From NCBI RefSeq assembly GCF_001194135.2, contig NC_069006.1:13076053-13115624 (forward strand): DNA of 39,572 nucleotides. The letters run 5' to 3'. A model generated the notes under the pieces. The model had not been told where the DNA came from, did not search any database, and saw only the letters and a program-made list of their open reading frames with translations. The DNA is from Octopus bimaculoides. Lineage: Eukaryota. The stretch's first letter is position 1; every line of letters starts with the position of its first letter. Shown here piece after piece: positions 1-12,624 of the stretch. The position numbers and the translations under genes are program-made.

Positions 1-239
1 ATATCAAGATATGAAATAGCGTCGTTTTCGGCTGTTTATTTTCTATGTCAATTGGTGAATATTAGCGTTCATGGGAACATCGGGACACGGGGGTTATCCA
101 TTTGGTGAAATGGACAAAGGATAAACAAAGGAGAGTCCGGGACTTCCCCTAAATAACAACATCAGCTTTCCGTTCTTCTTTGCATCCTTCACCGAAATAC
201 AGACGGAAAACACACACACACACACACACACACATTCCT

Positions 240-610
240 TTATTTGCTTCAGTCATTTGACTGCGGCCATGCTGGAGCACCGCATTTAGTCGAAAAAATC
301 GACCCCCAAGGATATTCTTTGTAAGCCTAGTACTTATTATATCGGTCTCTTTTGCCGAACCGCTAAGTTATGGGGACGTAAACACACCACCTTCGGATAG
401 TGGGAGGACAAACAGACACACAAACATATATATATATATATACATACATATACGACGAGCTTCTTTCAGTTTCTGTCTACCAAATCCGCTCACAAGGCTT
501 TGGTCGGCCCGAGGCTATAGTAGAGGACACTTGCCCAAGGTGCCACGCAGTGGGACTGAACCCAGAACCATGTGGTTGGTAAGCAAGCTACTTACCACAC
601 AGCCACTCCT
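240..610 (-). mobile_element. tRNA-derived SINE family A, full-length copy (head + TA/CA spacer + body)
   Basis: Reverse complement reads GAGTGGCTGTGTGGTAAGTAGCTTGCTTACCAACCACATGGTTC..GGTTCAGTCCCA (A/B-box-like), and the body ends ...GCATGGCCGCAGTCAAATGACTGAAGCAAATA. Many copies in the window. Confidence 0.8.
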
Positions 611-625
611 ATGTATGTATGTATG

Positions 626-683
<58 letters not shown>

Positions 684-686
<3 letters not shown>

Positions 687-842
687 GACAGGCTTCTTTC
701 AGATTCCATCTACCAAATCTGACAAGGCTTTGGTCGGCCCGAGGCGATAGTAGAAGACATTTGCCCAAGGTCCCACGTAGTGGGACTGAACCTGGAACCA
801 TGTGGTTAGTAAGCAAGCTACTTACCACACACCCACTCCTGC
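684..842 (-). mobile_element. SINE family A head, second tandem copy
   Basis: Near-identical to 458-610. Confidence 0.8.
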
Positions 843-889
843 GCATACACACACACACACAATATATATATACAATATCTTTTATAAGC

Positions 890-1345
890 TTAAAGCCGTG
901 TAATGGCCAAAGAAAATAGTCTAATATTTAGGGCATAAAAGCCCCCGACTGAAAAAAATAGTATTTTCTTGCGCATGCGACGCAAACCCACAGCTCTTTG
1001 TTTTTGCGGCAAGTGTGTCTTACCATTACACACAATGATCGATTATAAGCCGTAAGCTTATAAAAAGATACTTACAGGACTGTAAGAACCGACACTGCTT
1101 CCCAAAAACCACCGCGCGCGTGTGTATGTGCGTGTGAATGTGAACACAAACACACACGCGTCTATTTTCTGCCCTGTTCCCGTCTCTTTTCCTTATCGAA
1201 GCAGCTGTGGACCCGTGGCTAAAAGACACTGGTCCACAGTTATGTCGCAAGTAAGGGTTGAACGCTGGACCCCCGTGGCTGAAAAAAAAACAACTAATTT
1301 CTGAACCCTTCACTTCTACCTCCGCCACCAGTTCACAACCCAGAC
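890..1345. promoter_or_regulatory. CpG-enriched promoter/first-exon-like region
   Basis: CpG-rich non-repeat island. NRF1-type TGCGCATGCG at 970-979; minus-strand donor-like CCT|GTAAGT at 1075-1070; plus-strand donor CAA|GTAAGG at 1251, branch-like CTAAT at 1294-1298 and pyrimidine tract + CAG at 1331/1343. Confidence 0.35.
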
Positions 1346-1968
1346 TGAATTGGAGGAGATTCGAATAAACCCTTATTGTTGTTGGTCAACACCGGAACAA
1401 CTCCGGTTCAACCGACTTATTCTAGAAGGTTTTCTAAGTCTTCTCGTTCTTCTGGCAAGCCTATCCTTTTGAGGGAGATTCAGTGGATAATTCTAGAAAA
1501 TCAAGCCGATACGTAATCTTAAAGAGTTTAGCAGTCCAGGGGAAATAACTTTGCTGGGAATTTTTAAAGGATTATTTCCCTTGCGTACAGTCATGAATAG
1601 ACACACGAACAAAGAAAAGGCAACCTTGTCATTGATTGTACCTGAGAATTATGCTATGGGAACACGGTCTGTGGAATACTCGACCACTTACATGTTAATT
1701 CAAAGGAACTTCATTAAATGACAGAAATCCAATCCATACTAACATAGTTTTAACGTCCACCATTCTATGCTTGCATGAGTCAGACGGAATTTGTTGAAAC
1801 AGATTTTCTATAGGTGAATGCCCTACCTGTCATCAACCCTCACTTGTTTCCAAATAAGGCAATATCGGGCCAGACACATCCTCACAGAATAGAGGAAAAG
1901 AATAATACAACTGGTATGACTGATAATCATTTACAAGTATCACACAATGTCAAGACAAAGAGACAAAC

Positions 1969-2115
1969 ACACGACAGGCTTCTTTCAGTTTCCATCAACT
2001 AAATTCATTTACAAGGCTTTGATTCTGGGCTAAAGTGGAAGACACGGTGCTCTGCGATGGGACTGAACCTGAAACCATGTGGTCAGGGATGCAAACTTCC
2101 TGACCACACAGCCCT
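1969..2115 (-). mobile_element. SINE family A head, degenerate
   Basis: CGACAGGCTTCTTTCAGTTTCCATC...GGGACTGAACCTGAAACCATGTGG. Confidence 0.7.
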
Positions 2116-2124
2116 ATCCATATT

Positions 2125-2424
2125 TGATGGTGCCCCGTCAAACAATAAGGGTTCCAGTTGGTCGAAATTGAACATGCAAATGGCTGAGTACTCCACAGAC
2201 ATGAGTGCCCTTAATGTAGCTCATAGGGAGATTCAGCATGACATCGAATGTGACAATGCTGGTCCCTTTGAATTACAGGTACTACTCATTTTCGCCAACT
2301 GAGTGGAGTGGGGCAATGTGAAATAAAGTGCCTTGCTCAAGGACACACTTGCACCACTGGGAATCGAACTCACGACCTCACAATCGTGAGTCAAATACCC
2401 TAACCACTCATCCACACGTGCCTC
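2125..2424 (-). mobile_element. tRNA-derived SINE family B
   Basis: Reverse complement has GGTTAGGGTATTTGACTCACGA..GTGAGTTCGATTCCCAG (B box) and shares its body (CCTGTAATTCAAAGGG...CTACATTAAGGGCAC...TGTCTGTGGAGT) with 26302-26690. Confidence 0.75.
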
Positions 2425-3560
2425 CACTTATATTAAGCATCAGAGGAATCAGATGTAATGTGCAAAGGAGAAGACTGCACTGGTTTGGTCTTGTGATGTG
2501 TATGGTTATGTGCTGAATAAAGAAGTGTTGGTCACTTGAAGTGGTTGGAACTTGTGAAAGAGGGGAGAACCAGGAAGACATGGGATGATGTAGGGAAGGC
2601 CGATTTCCAGATGCTGAGCCTCACAGAGGAGATGATAAAGGACTGGGATGGTTGATTTGCTGTGTTCAAGACCCATCCATGATTGCAGATATGCAGTCCT
2701 AACAAACTTGTCTCTGCTTGTACATACTGGACACTGACCCTCCACCTGTCCTACCCCATCAAGCATCCCCACATCTCATCTCCCTACCCAACCCCTTACT
2801 TCACATACTGGGCACATTCTCTGTCCCACATCTCAAATACTCTTTTTTACATCCCCTAATTCTTTGTGCTAACAGTTCCCTTTGCTCCCCCCACTTTCAC
2901 CCCGTCGTTCTCATTATCATCCCCTGCCGTTTCATCTTGATGCTTCCCCCACACACACATATGCTACCTTTCCCAGCCCCCTCTCACGTTTACTACCACA
3001 CTATAGTTCCCACTTGTGCATATCTCCTTCCTCCCTGCTCCTACACTGCTCCCTGAACCACTCTCACCCTTTTCTTTCTACCCACCACCTCCAACCATAC
3101 TTATAACCCATCAAAACTTATCTCCACTCCTGTCCATCTCTAACCATCTGTCGCTGCCCCTTCCTGTACCCTCTCCTGCTTTCTGAGGGTTTACTTTAGC
3201 ACCCCATCCCATCTTTTCTTCCCAGCCATGCCACCCATCCTTATATAAGGGTAGCCATGTATCTTCTCCATAACAAGACACCTCTGCTTGTCCCTGGTAT
3301 AAAGCCACCTCTCTCCACCCTGCACACACTTAATCAAGGTAGCTTTTTTTCCTTTTTTTTTTTTTGTCTTTCAAGCTACCCGACAACTCCACAAGTGTTG
3401 GTGATAAGTAAAAGGCCTCCCTGGCGTTAGGAAGGGCATCCAGCTGTAGAAACCATGCCAAGACTGGCAGTGGAGCATGATGCAGCCTTGTGGCTGACCG
3501 GATCCTACCAAACTGTCCAACACATGCCAGCATGGAAAACAGACATGAAATGATGATTTC
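2425..3560 (+). mobile_element. RTE-clade LINE 3' fragment (ORF2 C-terminus, CT-rich stretch, GAT-tailed 3' end)
   Basis: Decayed LSIRGIRCNVQRRRLHWFGLVM...CERGRTRKTWDDV at 2430-2600 (RTE 'RLRWFGHV...GRPRKTW' block). Conserved tail TTAGGAAGGGCATCCAGCTGTAGAAAC...CATGCCAGCATGGAAA..TGATGAT at 3400-3560. Continuity across the CT-rich middle is inferred. Confidence 0.6.
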
Positions 3561-4084
3561 CACTTTTAAATAAAATTTGAAGTAATGACAAGACTACAGA
3601 AACAGACAAACACACACACACAGAGAAAGTGGAGTAGATGGGTGGGGCAAGATATCTACTTTTAATTAACTTGCAACAAACTTTCTGCGTGTGTTTGTTA
3701 AATGTAATCCTCTTCTATTCTTTTCTTTCCCTCGTTTTAGTTATTGGATAGTGGCCATGCTGGGGCACCGACTCGAAGGTTTGTTTAGCAGAACAAATTA
3801 CTTAGGAGGACAAACCACATAACTTTCATTCCCTGCAACATGGTTCGCCCGCCTCACACTTCTTGAACCTCTGGAACTGTAAAAGCGACCAAATATCTGC
3901 AACTCTACTTTCTACGAACATATCAATAAAAGACTTCTACAAAATGAGGACAAGTCAACCCCAGCAGTAAAACGCATATCTTTGAAGCCTGTCACTCATT
4001 CTATCGATCACTTTCATCGAACAGCTAAGAACGATGTAAACAAACCAACACCAGTAGGCAAACAGTCATGGGTGACAAACGCGC

Positions 4085-4245
4085 GCGAGCATATATGACG
4101 GGCTTCTTTCAGTTTTTACCAAATCTACTCATATGGTTTTTGTCGACCCGGGGTTATAGTAGGCGACACTCGTCCAAGGTACCATGCAGTGGAACTGAAC
4201 CCGAGACCATATGGTTGGGAATCAAGCTCCTCGACCACACATCCA
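4085..4245 (-). mobile_element. SINE family A head, degenerate
   Basis: GACGGGCTTCTTTCAGTTTT...GTGGAACTGAACCCGAGACCATATGG. Confidence 0.7.
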
Positions 4246-4724
4246 CGTCTTTGTAAATGAGAAATTGAGAGCAACATTTTTAAAAGCTGTAAGCAGTTCA
4301 GTGAAGGCTCATCAAAGTTACCTCCCCTGAACCATATCCCACCTCAGGTGGCCCGTCCTCAATATGTTGTAGCTTGTCTCAAGGACTCGGAATTTCGTTT
4401 CAATCGTTTACCTCCATCCCAACCGCTTATTTATCTCTTTCTACATTTTAAATTTCGAGGTGCATCAAACTCCAATGTTTCTATGAACAGAAAAGGAAGA
4501 AGTGAAAATGAAATTTTGAGAAGAATATTTGTGTGTGTGCGTGTGTCTTATTTAATGTACACTGTATTAAAATAAGGGCTACGAATGGATTCTTGCCATT
4601 AAAACTCGTTCATCTTATTTTAATACAACATATATTAAATGATATTTATATCTTATTGGATAGAGTACTTTTTTTCTTTTTTGATCCAACCTTAACGGAA
4701 CAGTAAATTATAAACACATATATA

Positions 4725-4773
<49 letters not shown>

Positions 4774-4789
4774 NNNNNNNNNNGACTGA

Positions 4790-5580
4790 AGTTTAGGCAC
4801 CAGAATTTAGTACGGTATTATCCACACAATTTCAAAGTAAGGTGATTAAAATCAAAATAAGCAACAAGGATATCTAAGGCTGAGAGAACAGACATACATA
4901 ATAATTGGTATAGTCATAAAAGTCAAGATTTATTAGAAACAATATCATGAGGTTTGGTAAAGGAAAACTTCAAACAAGATGTTAGCTGATAATTAAGGGG
5001 GGTCGCCCACTAGCAGACCATTGATAATGAAACAGAGGAAGTCTTATCACGTAGTACTATACTTAAATAATTTAAACAATGTTGCTATATTGTATACAGT
5101 TAAAGTTTAGAGTTATTCAAAGGATTATTAAGAAGAATATAACAAAAGGATAGAAATTTATGAATACTTTTGGGTATATACCAAACTTTTACCACAATAG
5201 AGGGAGGAAAAGAAATTATCCAGAAATACAAGGTATTTGATAAACTAGTCTATAAATTAAAACTGATCCCGTAAAAGCAAAAAAAAATCAATGACAGGCA
5301 GAGTCTGTAACAATGTATATCTTTCTTGAAAATTCATTAACTTCTAAACTGGAGTGAGACAGCATGTTCTTTGTCTATCTCCTAACCTTCTTGGAGATTT
5401 TTGGTATAATTATACTAATGTGGTCATCTTTTCTAATTTAATTAAATTCTATGTTTTTGTGCAGTTGAAGATTGCTCTGCATTTGAAATTGATGTAATGA
5501 TTGTTTTGTTCAATTAAATGGAATTGCATGAAACGATTGTACTGCATTAACTCTGGATATCCTTGTTGCTTATTTTGATT
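4790..5580. repeat. Unclassified interspersed repeat with an inverted copy
   Basis: AATCAAAATAAGCAACAAGGATATC (4850-4874) is the exact reverse complement of 5556-5580; 4790-4875 recurs at about 7408-7495. Confidence 0.6.
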
Positions 5581-6326
5581 ATATGGGCTATCCTTCCCTC
5601 CTTTACGGAAAAGGCCGATTAGATGTAAACAAAAGCATGTGCTTCAGTTGACAAGAATTATAATTACAACGAAGGATAGCCGCCGTAGACTTACGCACCA
5701 AACATTGTTTTTGAGAGCTGTCGGGCTCATTTTTAGTATAATGGTCTGTGAGAGCAGTCGAGTTTAAAACACTCTTATATTAAAAAATCATTTCTGACTA
5801 ATCGTTGAGAGGACGTTGGTGTTGACGTGGCGGAGGTTTGCGCTCTCAGAGTACAATTCTTATTGCTTTTGCTCATCATGTACGAGTGTGAATGTGTATA
5901 CAGCTATTGAAAAGGTTGCAAGACTTAGCGAAAATTTTAGAAAAATAAAGAAGNNNNNNNNNNNNNNNNNNNNNNNNNNNNNNNNNNNNNNNNNNNNNNN
6001 NNNNNNNNNNNNNNNNNNNNNNNNNNNNNNNNNNNNNNNNNNNNNNNNNNNNNNNTATATATATAATGGCATAACAAATGGTTACGTATTTATAATTGAA
6101 TAATGTTCAACACTGAAACAGAAGAAACTTTAAGTCGAATACAAAAGAAAAAAACGAAATGATTTGTTTTAGTTATTGATTATTAATTTATGAAAGTAGT
6201 TAACCAAAGAAGATATTAGGTAATGCGATAATATAAACTTTGTTAGTTCTTCATATCAATGAAGTTTAACGAAGAATTTGAAAAGTTAATTCAAATAAAT
6301 TAATATTTGTGAGAAACATTTTCTAT

Positions 6327-6436
6327 CAGTCATGGACAACCTCGGGACTTTCTGAATGGTCTCCACATAACGAAAAATTACTTCGAAATGTATTTAGTAA
6401 CGCGGCCGCTTTATCGAAAAGGATGGTCCATGGCTG
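6327..6436. mobile_element. hAT (Charlie/Buster)-type MITE
   Basis: Imperfect TIRs CAGTCATGGACAACCT / AGGATGGTCCATGGCTG; internal GCGGCC. Confidence 0.5.
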
Positions 6437-6609
6437 AGACAAAAAAATTTAAAACTAAAAAGTAACTTAAGCGTGAGGGAAACGTTCTGCTTCGCTGGTT
6501 CTTTTCACAACGGAAGTTGAAACTGAGCACCACCTGCCGACAGGATATTATTTCAGGGGGAGATAAGAAGGGAGTAACTTGTAAAAGTAAATAGTGTTAG
6601 AGATTACAG

Positions 6610-6745
6610 CAGTCATTGAACAATCTGAGGCCTCATGGGACTTTTTGAATGACACGGCCATCGTGAATGTTTTAGTAATGCGGCCCGCCTAATAACGAGC
6701 CATGTCTCATGCGGCCCGCTTTTTGCAAAAGGTTGTACATGCTTG
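6610..6745. mobile_element. hAT (Charlie/Buster)-type MITE related to 6327-6436
   Basis: Termini CAGTCATTGAACAATCT / AGGTTGTACATGCTTG; GCGGCCCG subterminal motifs; flanking octamers GATTACAG and GCTTAGGG are both nnnTAnnn. Confidence 0.55.
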
Positions 6746-6964
6746 GCTTAGGGTTTATTATATTAGGTTAAACAGAGATTAGGTGTTAGGGTAATTAGTA
6801 ATATTATTAATTATGGTTAATGACTTTTGTAGCTAGTTGTGAAATGCCATTTTAGTTTATGTGAACTAGAAAAATATCTGGAAATAATTTAATATGGGTG
6901 GGGGTGAATAGTAGTAGTAGTAGGAGGAGGTTAGTTTAGCCTGACTATATATATATATAAATAA

Positions 6965-7137
6965 TAAATGAGTATATGCATACGTACATGTATGTACATA
7001 CCTACATCTACCTGTATATCTGGGTACAGGACGTTGCAAACAAAACATAGACAAATGATAAACAGAGTACAGAAAACACACAGGCCACATAGAAAACATT
7101 TCCTTCATCAGCTGCCTCCATTCTAACACTGGCGTTT
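6965..7137. repeat. Unclassified interspersed repeat, also at 17340-17515
   Basis: Shared CTACCTGTATAT..CTGGGTACAGGAC.TTGCAAACAAAAC.TAGACAAA...CACAGGCCACATA.A.AACATTT.CCTTCATCAGCT...CATTCTAACAC. Confidence 0.7.
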
Positions 7138-7529
7138 NNNNNNNNNNNNNNNNNNNNNNNNNNNNNNNNNNNNNNNNNNNNNNNNNNNNNNNNNNNNNNN
7201 NNNNNNNNNNNNNNNNNNNNNNNNNNNNNNNNNNNNNNNNNNNNNNNNNNNNNNNNNNNNNNNNNNNNNNNNNNNNNNNNNNNNNNNNNNNNNNNNNNNN
7301 NNNNNNNNNNNNNNNNNNNNNNNNNNNNNNNNNNNNNNNNNNNNNNNNNNNNNNNNNNNNNNNNNNNNNNNTATATATATATATATTCAGGTGAATATGG
7401 TACTTAAGTTGAGGCACCAGAATTTAGTACAGTATTATCCATACAATTTCAAAGTAAGGTGATTAAAATCAAAATAAGCAACAAAGATATCCAGAGGTAA
7501 TACAGTATGATCGTTTCATGCAACACACA

Positions 7530-8140
7530 GAGGCAATGACTGGTGACCGAGACCTTTGGCAATATGCCGTGCTTGAGAAGACTGGTTAAGCCAAGATGCC
7601 AGTGTCACATAACTGGAACCCTTGCCAGTGACATGTAAAAAGTACCGTTCAAGCATTGGGCTTCATGGAGGCAATGTGGCCAATATGCTGGTGTTGCATA
7701 ACTAGCACCCATGCCAGTGGCATGTAAAAGACACCTTTTGAGCATTGGGCCTCACAGAGGCAATGTGGTCAGTGCTGGTGGTGCATTACTATCACCTGTG
7801 CTAGTGGCATGTAAAAACCACTTTTTAAGTGTTGGGCCTCACAGAGACAATGACAAATGACAGACCTTTGGCAATATGCTGTGCTTCAAGAGAAGACCCA
7901 TCAACCCTAATGAAATTGTAGTTGTGGAAGATACTGGTGTAACACAATTGGCACCTGTATTAGTGGCACATAAAAACACCCATTACACTCTTGGAGTGGT
8001 TTGCATTAGGAAGGGTATCGAGCTGTAGGAACCATGATAAATCAGACTGAAGTTTGGCACCGCCCCTCAGCTTACCAGCCCTGGTCAAACAGTCCAACCC
8101 ATGCCAGCATGGACAACAGATATTAAATGAAGATTATGTA
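7530..8140 (+). mobile_element. RTE-type LINE/SINE 3' end with internal GCCAGTGGCATGTAAAA repeats
   Basis: Ends ...CCAACCCATGCCAGCATGGACAACAGATATTAAATGAAGATTATG; same family as 3400-3560. Confidence 0.7.
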
Positions 8141-8227
8141 TATATGATGATGAATGTATTGCATTGGTATTATTTTACTAATACCACAAAAATATTGAGA
8201 TATGACGATGATTATGTATATATATAT

Positions 8228-8541
8228 ATCATCATCATCACCATCGTTTAACGTCCATTTTCCATGCTAGCATGGATTGGACGGTTCGGCTGGGGTCTGG
8301 GAAGCCAGGAGGTTGCACCAGGCTCCAGTCTGATCTAGCAGTGTTTCTACAGCTGGATGCCCTTCCTAACGCAACCACTCCGAGAGTGTAGTGGGTGCTT
8401 TTACGTGCCACCGGCACGAAGGACAGTCAGGCGGTACTGGCAATGGCCACACTCAAAATGGTGTTTTTTACGTGCCACCTGCACAGGAGCCAGTCCAGCG
8501 GCACTGGCAATGATCTCGCTCGAATGACTTTTCACGTGCCA
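8228..8541 (-). mobile_element. RTE-type 3' end (reads CATCATCGTTTAACGTCC on +), runs into a gap
   Basis: Family consensus TTTCTACAGCTGGATGCCCTTCCTAACGC; ACGTGCCA tandem units. Confidence 0.75.
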
Positions 8542-8896
8542 NNNNNNNNNNNNNNNNNNNNNNNNNNNNNNNNNNNNNNNNNNNNNNNNNNNNNNNNNNN
8601 NNNNNNNNNNNNNNNNNNNNNNNNNNNNNNNNNNNNNNNNNNNNNNNNNNNNNNNNNNNNNNNNNNNNNNNNNNNNNNNNNNNNNNNNNNNNNNNNNNNN
8701 NNNNNNNNNNNNNNNNNNNNNNNNNNNNNNNNNNNNNNNNNNNNNNNNNNNNNNNNNNNNNNNNNNNNNNNNNNNNNNNNNNNNNNNNNNNNNNNNNNNN
8801 NNNNNNNNNNNNNNNNNNNNNNNNNNNNNNNNNNNNNNNNNNNNNNNNNNNNNNNNNNNNNNNNNNNNNNNNNNNNNNNNNNNNNNNNNNNNNNNN

Positions 8897-8927
<31 letters not shown>

Positions 8928-9502
8928 TGTGTACAATTAAATGTATGACTACTTCTGTATGAGTCAGAGCTCTACATAGATGGTCGTCATCCAGTCAGCT
9001 TCTAGTATAATGGTTAGTTAACCGCTGGGCTTAACAGTGATGCTAGTTATGATATACAAAGAATATGCAGGGGGAAATTAAGATAAATACAGGTCGCACA
9101 GGGTAGACATAGGGGAGAGGGGGCTCAATAAACAGGAATAGCAACAACAATAATGTATCTGGAGTTAACAAAGAAGTTTTTAGGTGGTTGTGTAGTTTGC
9201 TTGAAATAGCAACCAAAATGCCTTTAAATTACATCGTCCATTTGCAAATATGAAATGACATGGTTACTTCTGCTAAGACCCCATAGAAGTGGTAGCTGAA
9301 GACTCAACTGTCAGGAACCACTCAGAAACAGTGAGTTAAGAAGAAGATGGATGGAGGGAGGGATGGATGGAAAAGTAAGTTTATAACAAAATGGGAAGAA
9401 AATGAGGAATTTCAAATATTTATATTTCTTTTGAGAAAACTTGCAAATATATTTAATCAGTTACTTGTCCCCGCCTCTCTATCTATTTATATCTTTTCTA
9501 TA

Positions 9503-9737
9503 TCATCATCATCATCATCATCGTTTAACGTCCGCCTTCCATGCTAGCATGGGTTGGACGATTTGACTGAGGACTGGTGAAACCGGATGGCAACACCAGG
9601 CTCCAATCTAATTTGGCAGAGTTTCTACAGCTGGATGCCCTTCCTAACGCCAACCACTCAGAGAGTGTAGTGGGTGCTTTTACGTGTCACCCACACGAAA
9701 ACGGCCACGCTCGAAATGGTGTCTTTTATGTGCCACC
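9503..9737 (-). mobile_element. RTE-type 3' end
   Basis: Same consensus as 8228-8541. Confidence 0.75.
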
Positions 9738-10259
9738 NNNNNNNNNNNNNNNNNNNNNNNNNNNNNNNNNNNNNNNNNNNNNNNNNNNNNNNNNNNNNNN
9801 NNNNNNNNNNNNNNNNNNNNNNNNNNNNNNNNNNNNNNNNNNNNNNNNNNNNNNNNNNNNNNNNNNNNNNNNNNNNNNNNNNNNNNNNNNNNNNNNNNNN
9901 NNNNNNNNNNNNNNNNNNNNNNNNNNNNNNNNNNNNNNNNNNNNNNNNNNNNNNNNNNNNNNNNNNNNNNNNNNNNNNNNNNNNNNNNNNNNNNNNNNNN
10001 NNNNNNNNNNNNNNNNNNNNNNNNNNNNNNNNNNNNNNNNNNNNNNNNNNNNNNNNNNNNNNNNNNNNNNNNNNNNNNNNNNNNNNNNNNNNNNNNNNNN
10101 NNNNNNNNNNNNNNNNNNNNNNNNNNNNNNNNNNNNNNNNNNNNNNNNNNNNNNNNNNNNNNNNNNNNNNTCTATTTATCTGTCTTATCTATCAATTTAT
10201 TTATCTGTCTATCGATCTATCTATCTATCTATCTATCCATTTACATATATATATATTTA

Positions 10260-10665
10260 GGTGCAGGAGTGTCTGTGTGCTAAGTAGCTTGCTTCCCAAC
10301 CACATGGTTCCGGGTTCAGTCCCATTGCATGGCACCTTGGGCGAGTGTCTTCTACTATAGCCTCAGGCTGACCAAAGCCTTGTGAGTGGATTTAGTAGAC
10401 AGAAACTGAAAAAGGCCTGTCATATATATGTACATGTATGTATGTGTGTGTATATGTTTGTGTGTCTGTATTTGTCCCCCCAACATCGCTTGACAACCGA
10501 CGCTGGTGTGTTTACGTCTCAGTAACCTAGTGGTTTGGCAAAAGAGACCGATAGAATAAGTACTAGGCTTACAAAGAATAAGTCCTGGGGTCGATTTGCT
10601 CAACTAAAGGTGGTTCTCCAGCATGGTGGCAGTCAAATGACTGAAACAAGTAAAAGAATAAAAGA
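10260..10665 (+). mobile_element. SINE family A, full-length copy
   Basis: Head GGAGTGTCTGTGTG..AAGTAGCTTGCTTCCCAACCACATGGTTCCGGGTTCAGTCCC and body ending AGTCAAATGACTGAAACAAGTAAAAGAATAAAAG. Confidence 0.8.
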
Positions 10666-10671
10666 ATATAT

Positions 10672-10823
10672 GACAGGCTTCTTTCAGTTTCCGTCTAGCA
10701 AATCCACTCTTAAGACTTTGGTTGGCACAAGACTATAGTAGAAGACACTTGCCCAAGGTGCCATGCAGTGGGACCGAACCCGGAACCATGTGGTTGTTAA
10801 GTAAGCTACTTACCACACAGCCA
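10672..10823 (-). mobile_element. SINE family A head, inverted relative to 10260-10425
   Basis: GACAGGCTTCTTTCAGTTTCCGTCT...CTACTTACCACACAGCCAC. Confidence 0.8.
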
Positions 10824-11029
10824 CACACACATATGCGTGTGAGTCTTTGTGTCTGTGTTTGTCCATTACCACTGCTTGACAATTGGTGTTGGTTTGTTTT
10901 TGTTCCCATAACTTAGCAAATAGGAACTGACAGAATAAGGACCAGGCTTTAAATAATAAGATAAGCACTGGGGTCGGCTCGTTCAACGGTACCCCAGCAT
11001 GGCCACAATTTAATGACTGAAACAAGTAA

Positions 11030-11260
11030 AGTGTGAAAGATGTGTGTGTGTGTGTCTGCATGTGTGCATGCATACATATGTATATGCATATCTGTTTGTG
11101 TATATATGTGTGTATATGTGTCTATGTAAGTACATGTGTGCGTGTGTGTATGTATGTATGTGTGTGTGTGTGTATAGGTATGCATATATGCATACATACA
11201 TGTACACAAGAATATATGCATGTACACAGAGCATAGTAGTAGTAGTATCATCATCATCAT

Positions 11261-11293
<33 letters not shown>

Positions 11294-11300
11294 TAGTAGT
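11030..11300. repeat. (TG/TA)n and (AGT/CAT/CAG)n microsatellite cluster
   Basis: Direct reading. Confidence 0.9.
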
Positions 11301-11619
11301 GGTAAGTACCATATGCTGCAATAGTCAGCATGACTAACACTAAATCTTTTGAAAGTTTGAAAATAAAAAAGCAACTAAGAAACAAACAAAAACTCAAAAA
11401 AGGGACATTTTTTTTTTTAACAGAAATATTTTATAATTTTAAATGAGTGGAAGACCCATTATAATAAAATTAATCTTGAGATGAAACACATTGAAAAGAG
11501 GGGTTTATTTAAGGGTTTAGAAAAATATGTTTAGTGGCTGCGTGGAAGAGATAATGTCTGAAGAAGAGGAGAGATTGTTGTGATTACAGATGAAAGAGGA
11601 TACTTTGGGAAATGAAGAA

Positions 11620-11860
11620 GAAAATGGATATGGAGGGATAGCCGGGTAATGTAGGCAAGAGGGATAGCCGAGGAAATTTAGACAGGCAAAAAGGGATACC
11701 CAAAGAAGGGAATTTAGATATACAAAAAGGGATATCGAGACAGATGAGGAAAGAATTTTAGATAGAAAAAGAGGATACCCGGTTGGACGAGAAAGAGAAT
11801 TTGAATACACAAAGAGGGATGGCCGAGAAAGGAAATTCAGATGTACAAAGAGGGATGTTC
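11620..11860. repeat. Degenerate purine-rich tandem repeat (about 30-45-bp units, core AATTTAGA..CAAAGAGGGATAGCC)
   Basis: About 6 recurrences of A(A/G)AGGGAT preceded by AATTT(A/G)GA-like words. Confidence 0.5.
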
Positions 11861-12309
11861 ATGGAGGTGGATTGGAGAATTGAATATCAGCCAGACTGGA
11901 GGAGAGGGTCTGTAGGGTAAAAGGTCACAGAATTTGATTAGTCTGACAAGGCGGAAGGTGTGAATTTGGCGACAGAATTGCATGGTGTAGATGTGGGAGT
12001 GGAATGTTTTGGCAGTTAAACACACCAACTGCTTTTATGTCAGTCACAGACTCTGGATCTGTGTTGCAGGGGGGGGGGGGTGGAAGGGACTAGCAGACTG
12101 ATGTATGGTAATTATTGCCTGTTAGAAGAGAGAAGAAAAATATTATTCCCTGTCTGGTGCTAATGAACTTTGTCACCACACACTGAAATGCAAAGAATTT
12201 AATGGAACCTCCTCTAAACCAGTGCTGTACCACATGTTCCAGAAGGTCGCCCAGGAAATTCACAAGTAAAATCTTCATGCAACAACAAATTAACCCTAGC
12301 CCTTTAAAG

Positions 12310-12372
12310 CAGTGGGTCTCAGCCCTTTTTTTACTTATAGACCCCTTTGATTCCTATGTTACTTGGATGGAC
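12310..12372. mobile_element. hAT-type MITE terminus, truncated by gap
   Basis: CAGTGGGTCTCAGCCC preceded by CTTTAAAG (nnnTAnnn). Confidence 0.45.
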
Positions 12373-12624
12373 NNNNNNNNNNNNNNNNNNNNNNNNNNNN
12401 NNNNNNNNNNNNNNNNNNNNNNNNNNNNNNNNNCACACATTTTTTTCTTTTTAAATATTTTACACATTGCCGAAGACTGAACTATTTCCCCTTTTATTTT
12501 TTTTTGGTTATTTCAGGCATTTGACTGTGGCCATGCTGGAGCACTGCCTTTAGTTCAACAAATCAACCCTAGGACTTTTTTTTTTAGGCCTAGTATTTAT
12601 TCTATCAGTCTTTTGAAAAAATAA

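Noticed and set aside
139-149. NF-kB-like GGGACTTCCCC
   Set aside because: A single short motif, expected by chance in 39 kb.
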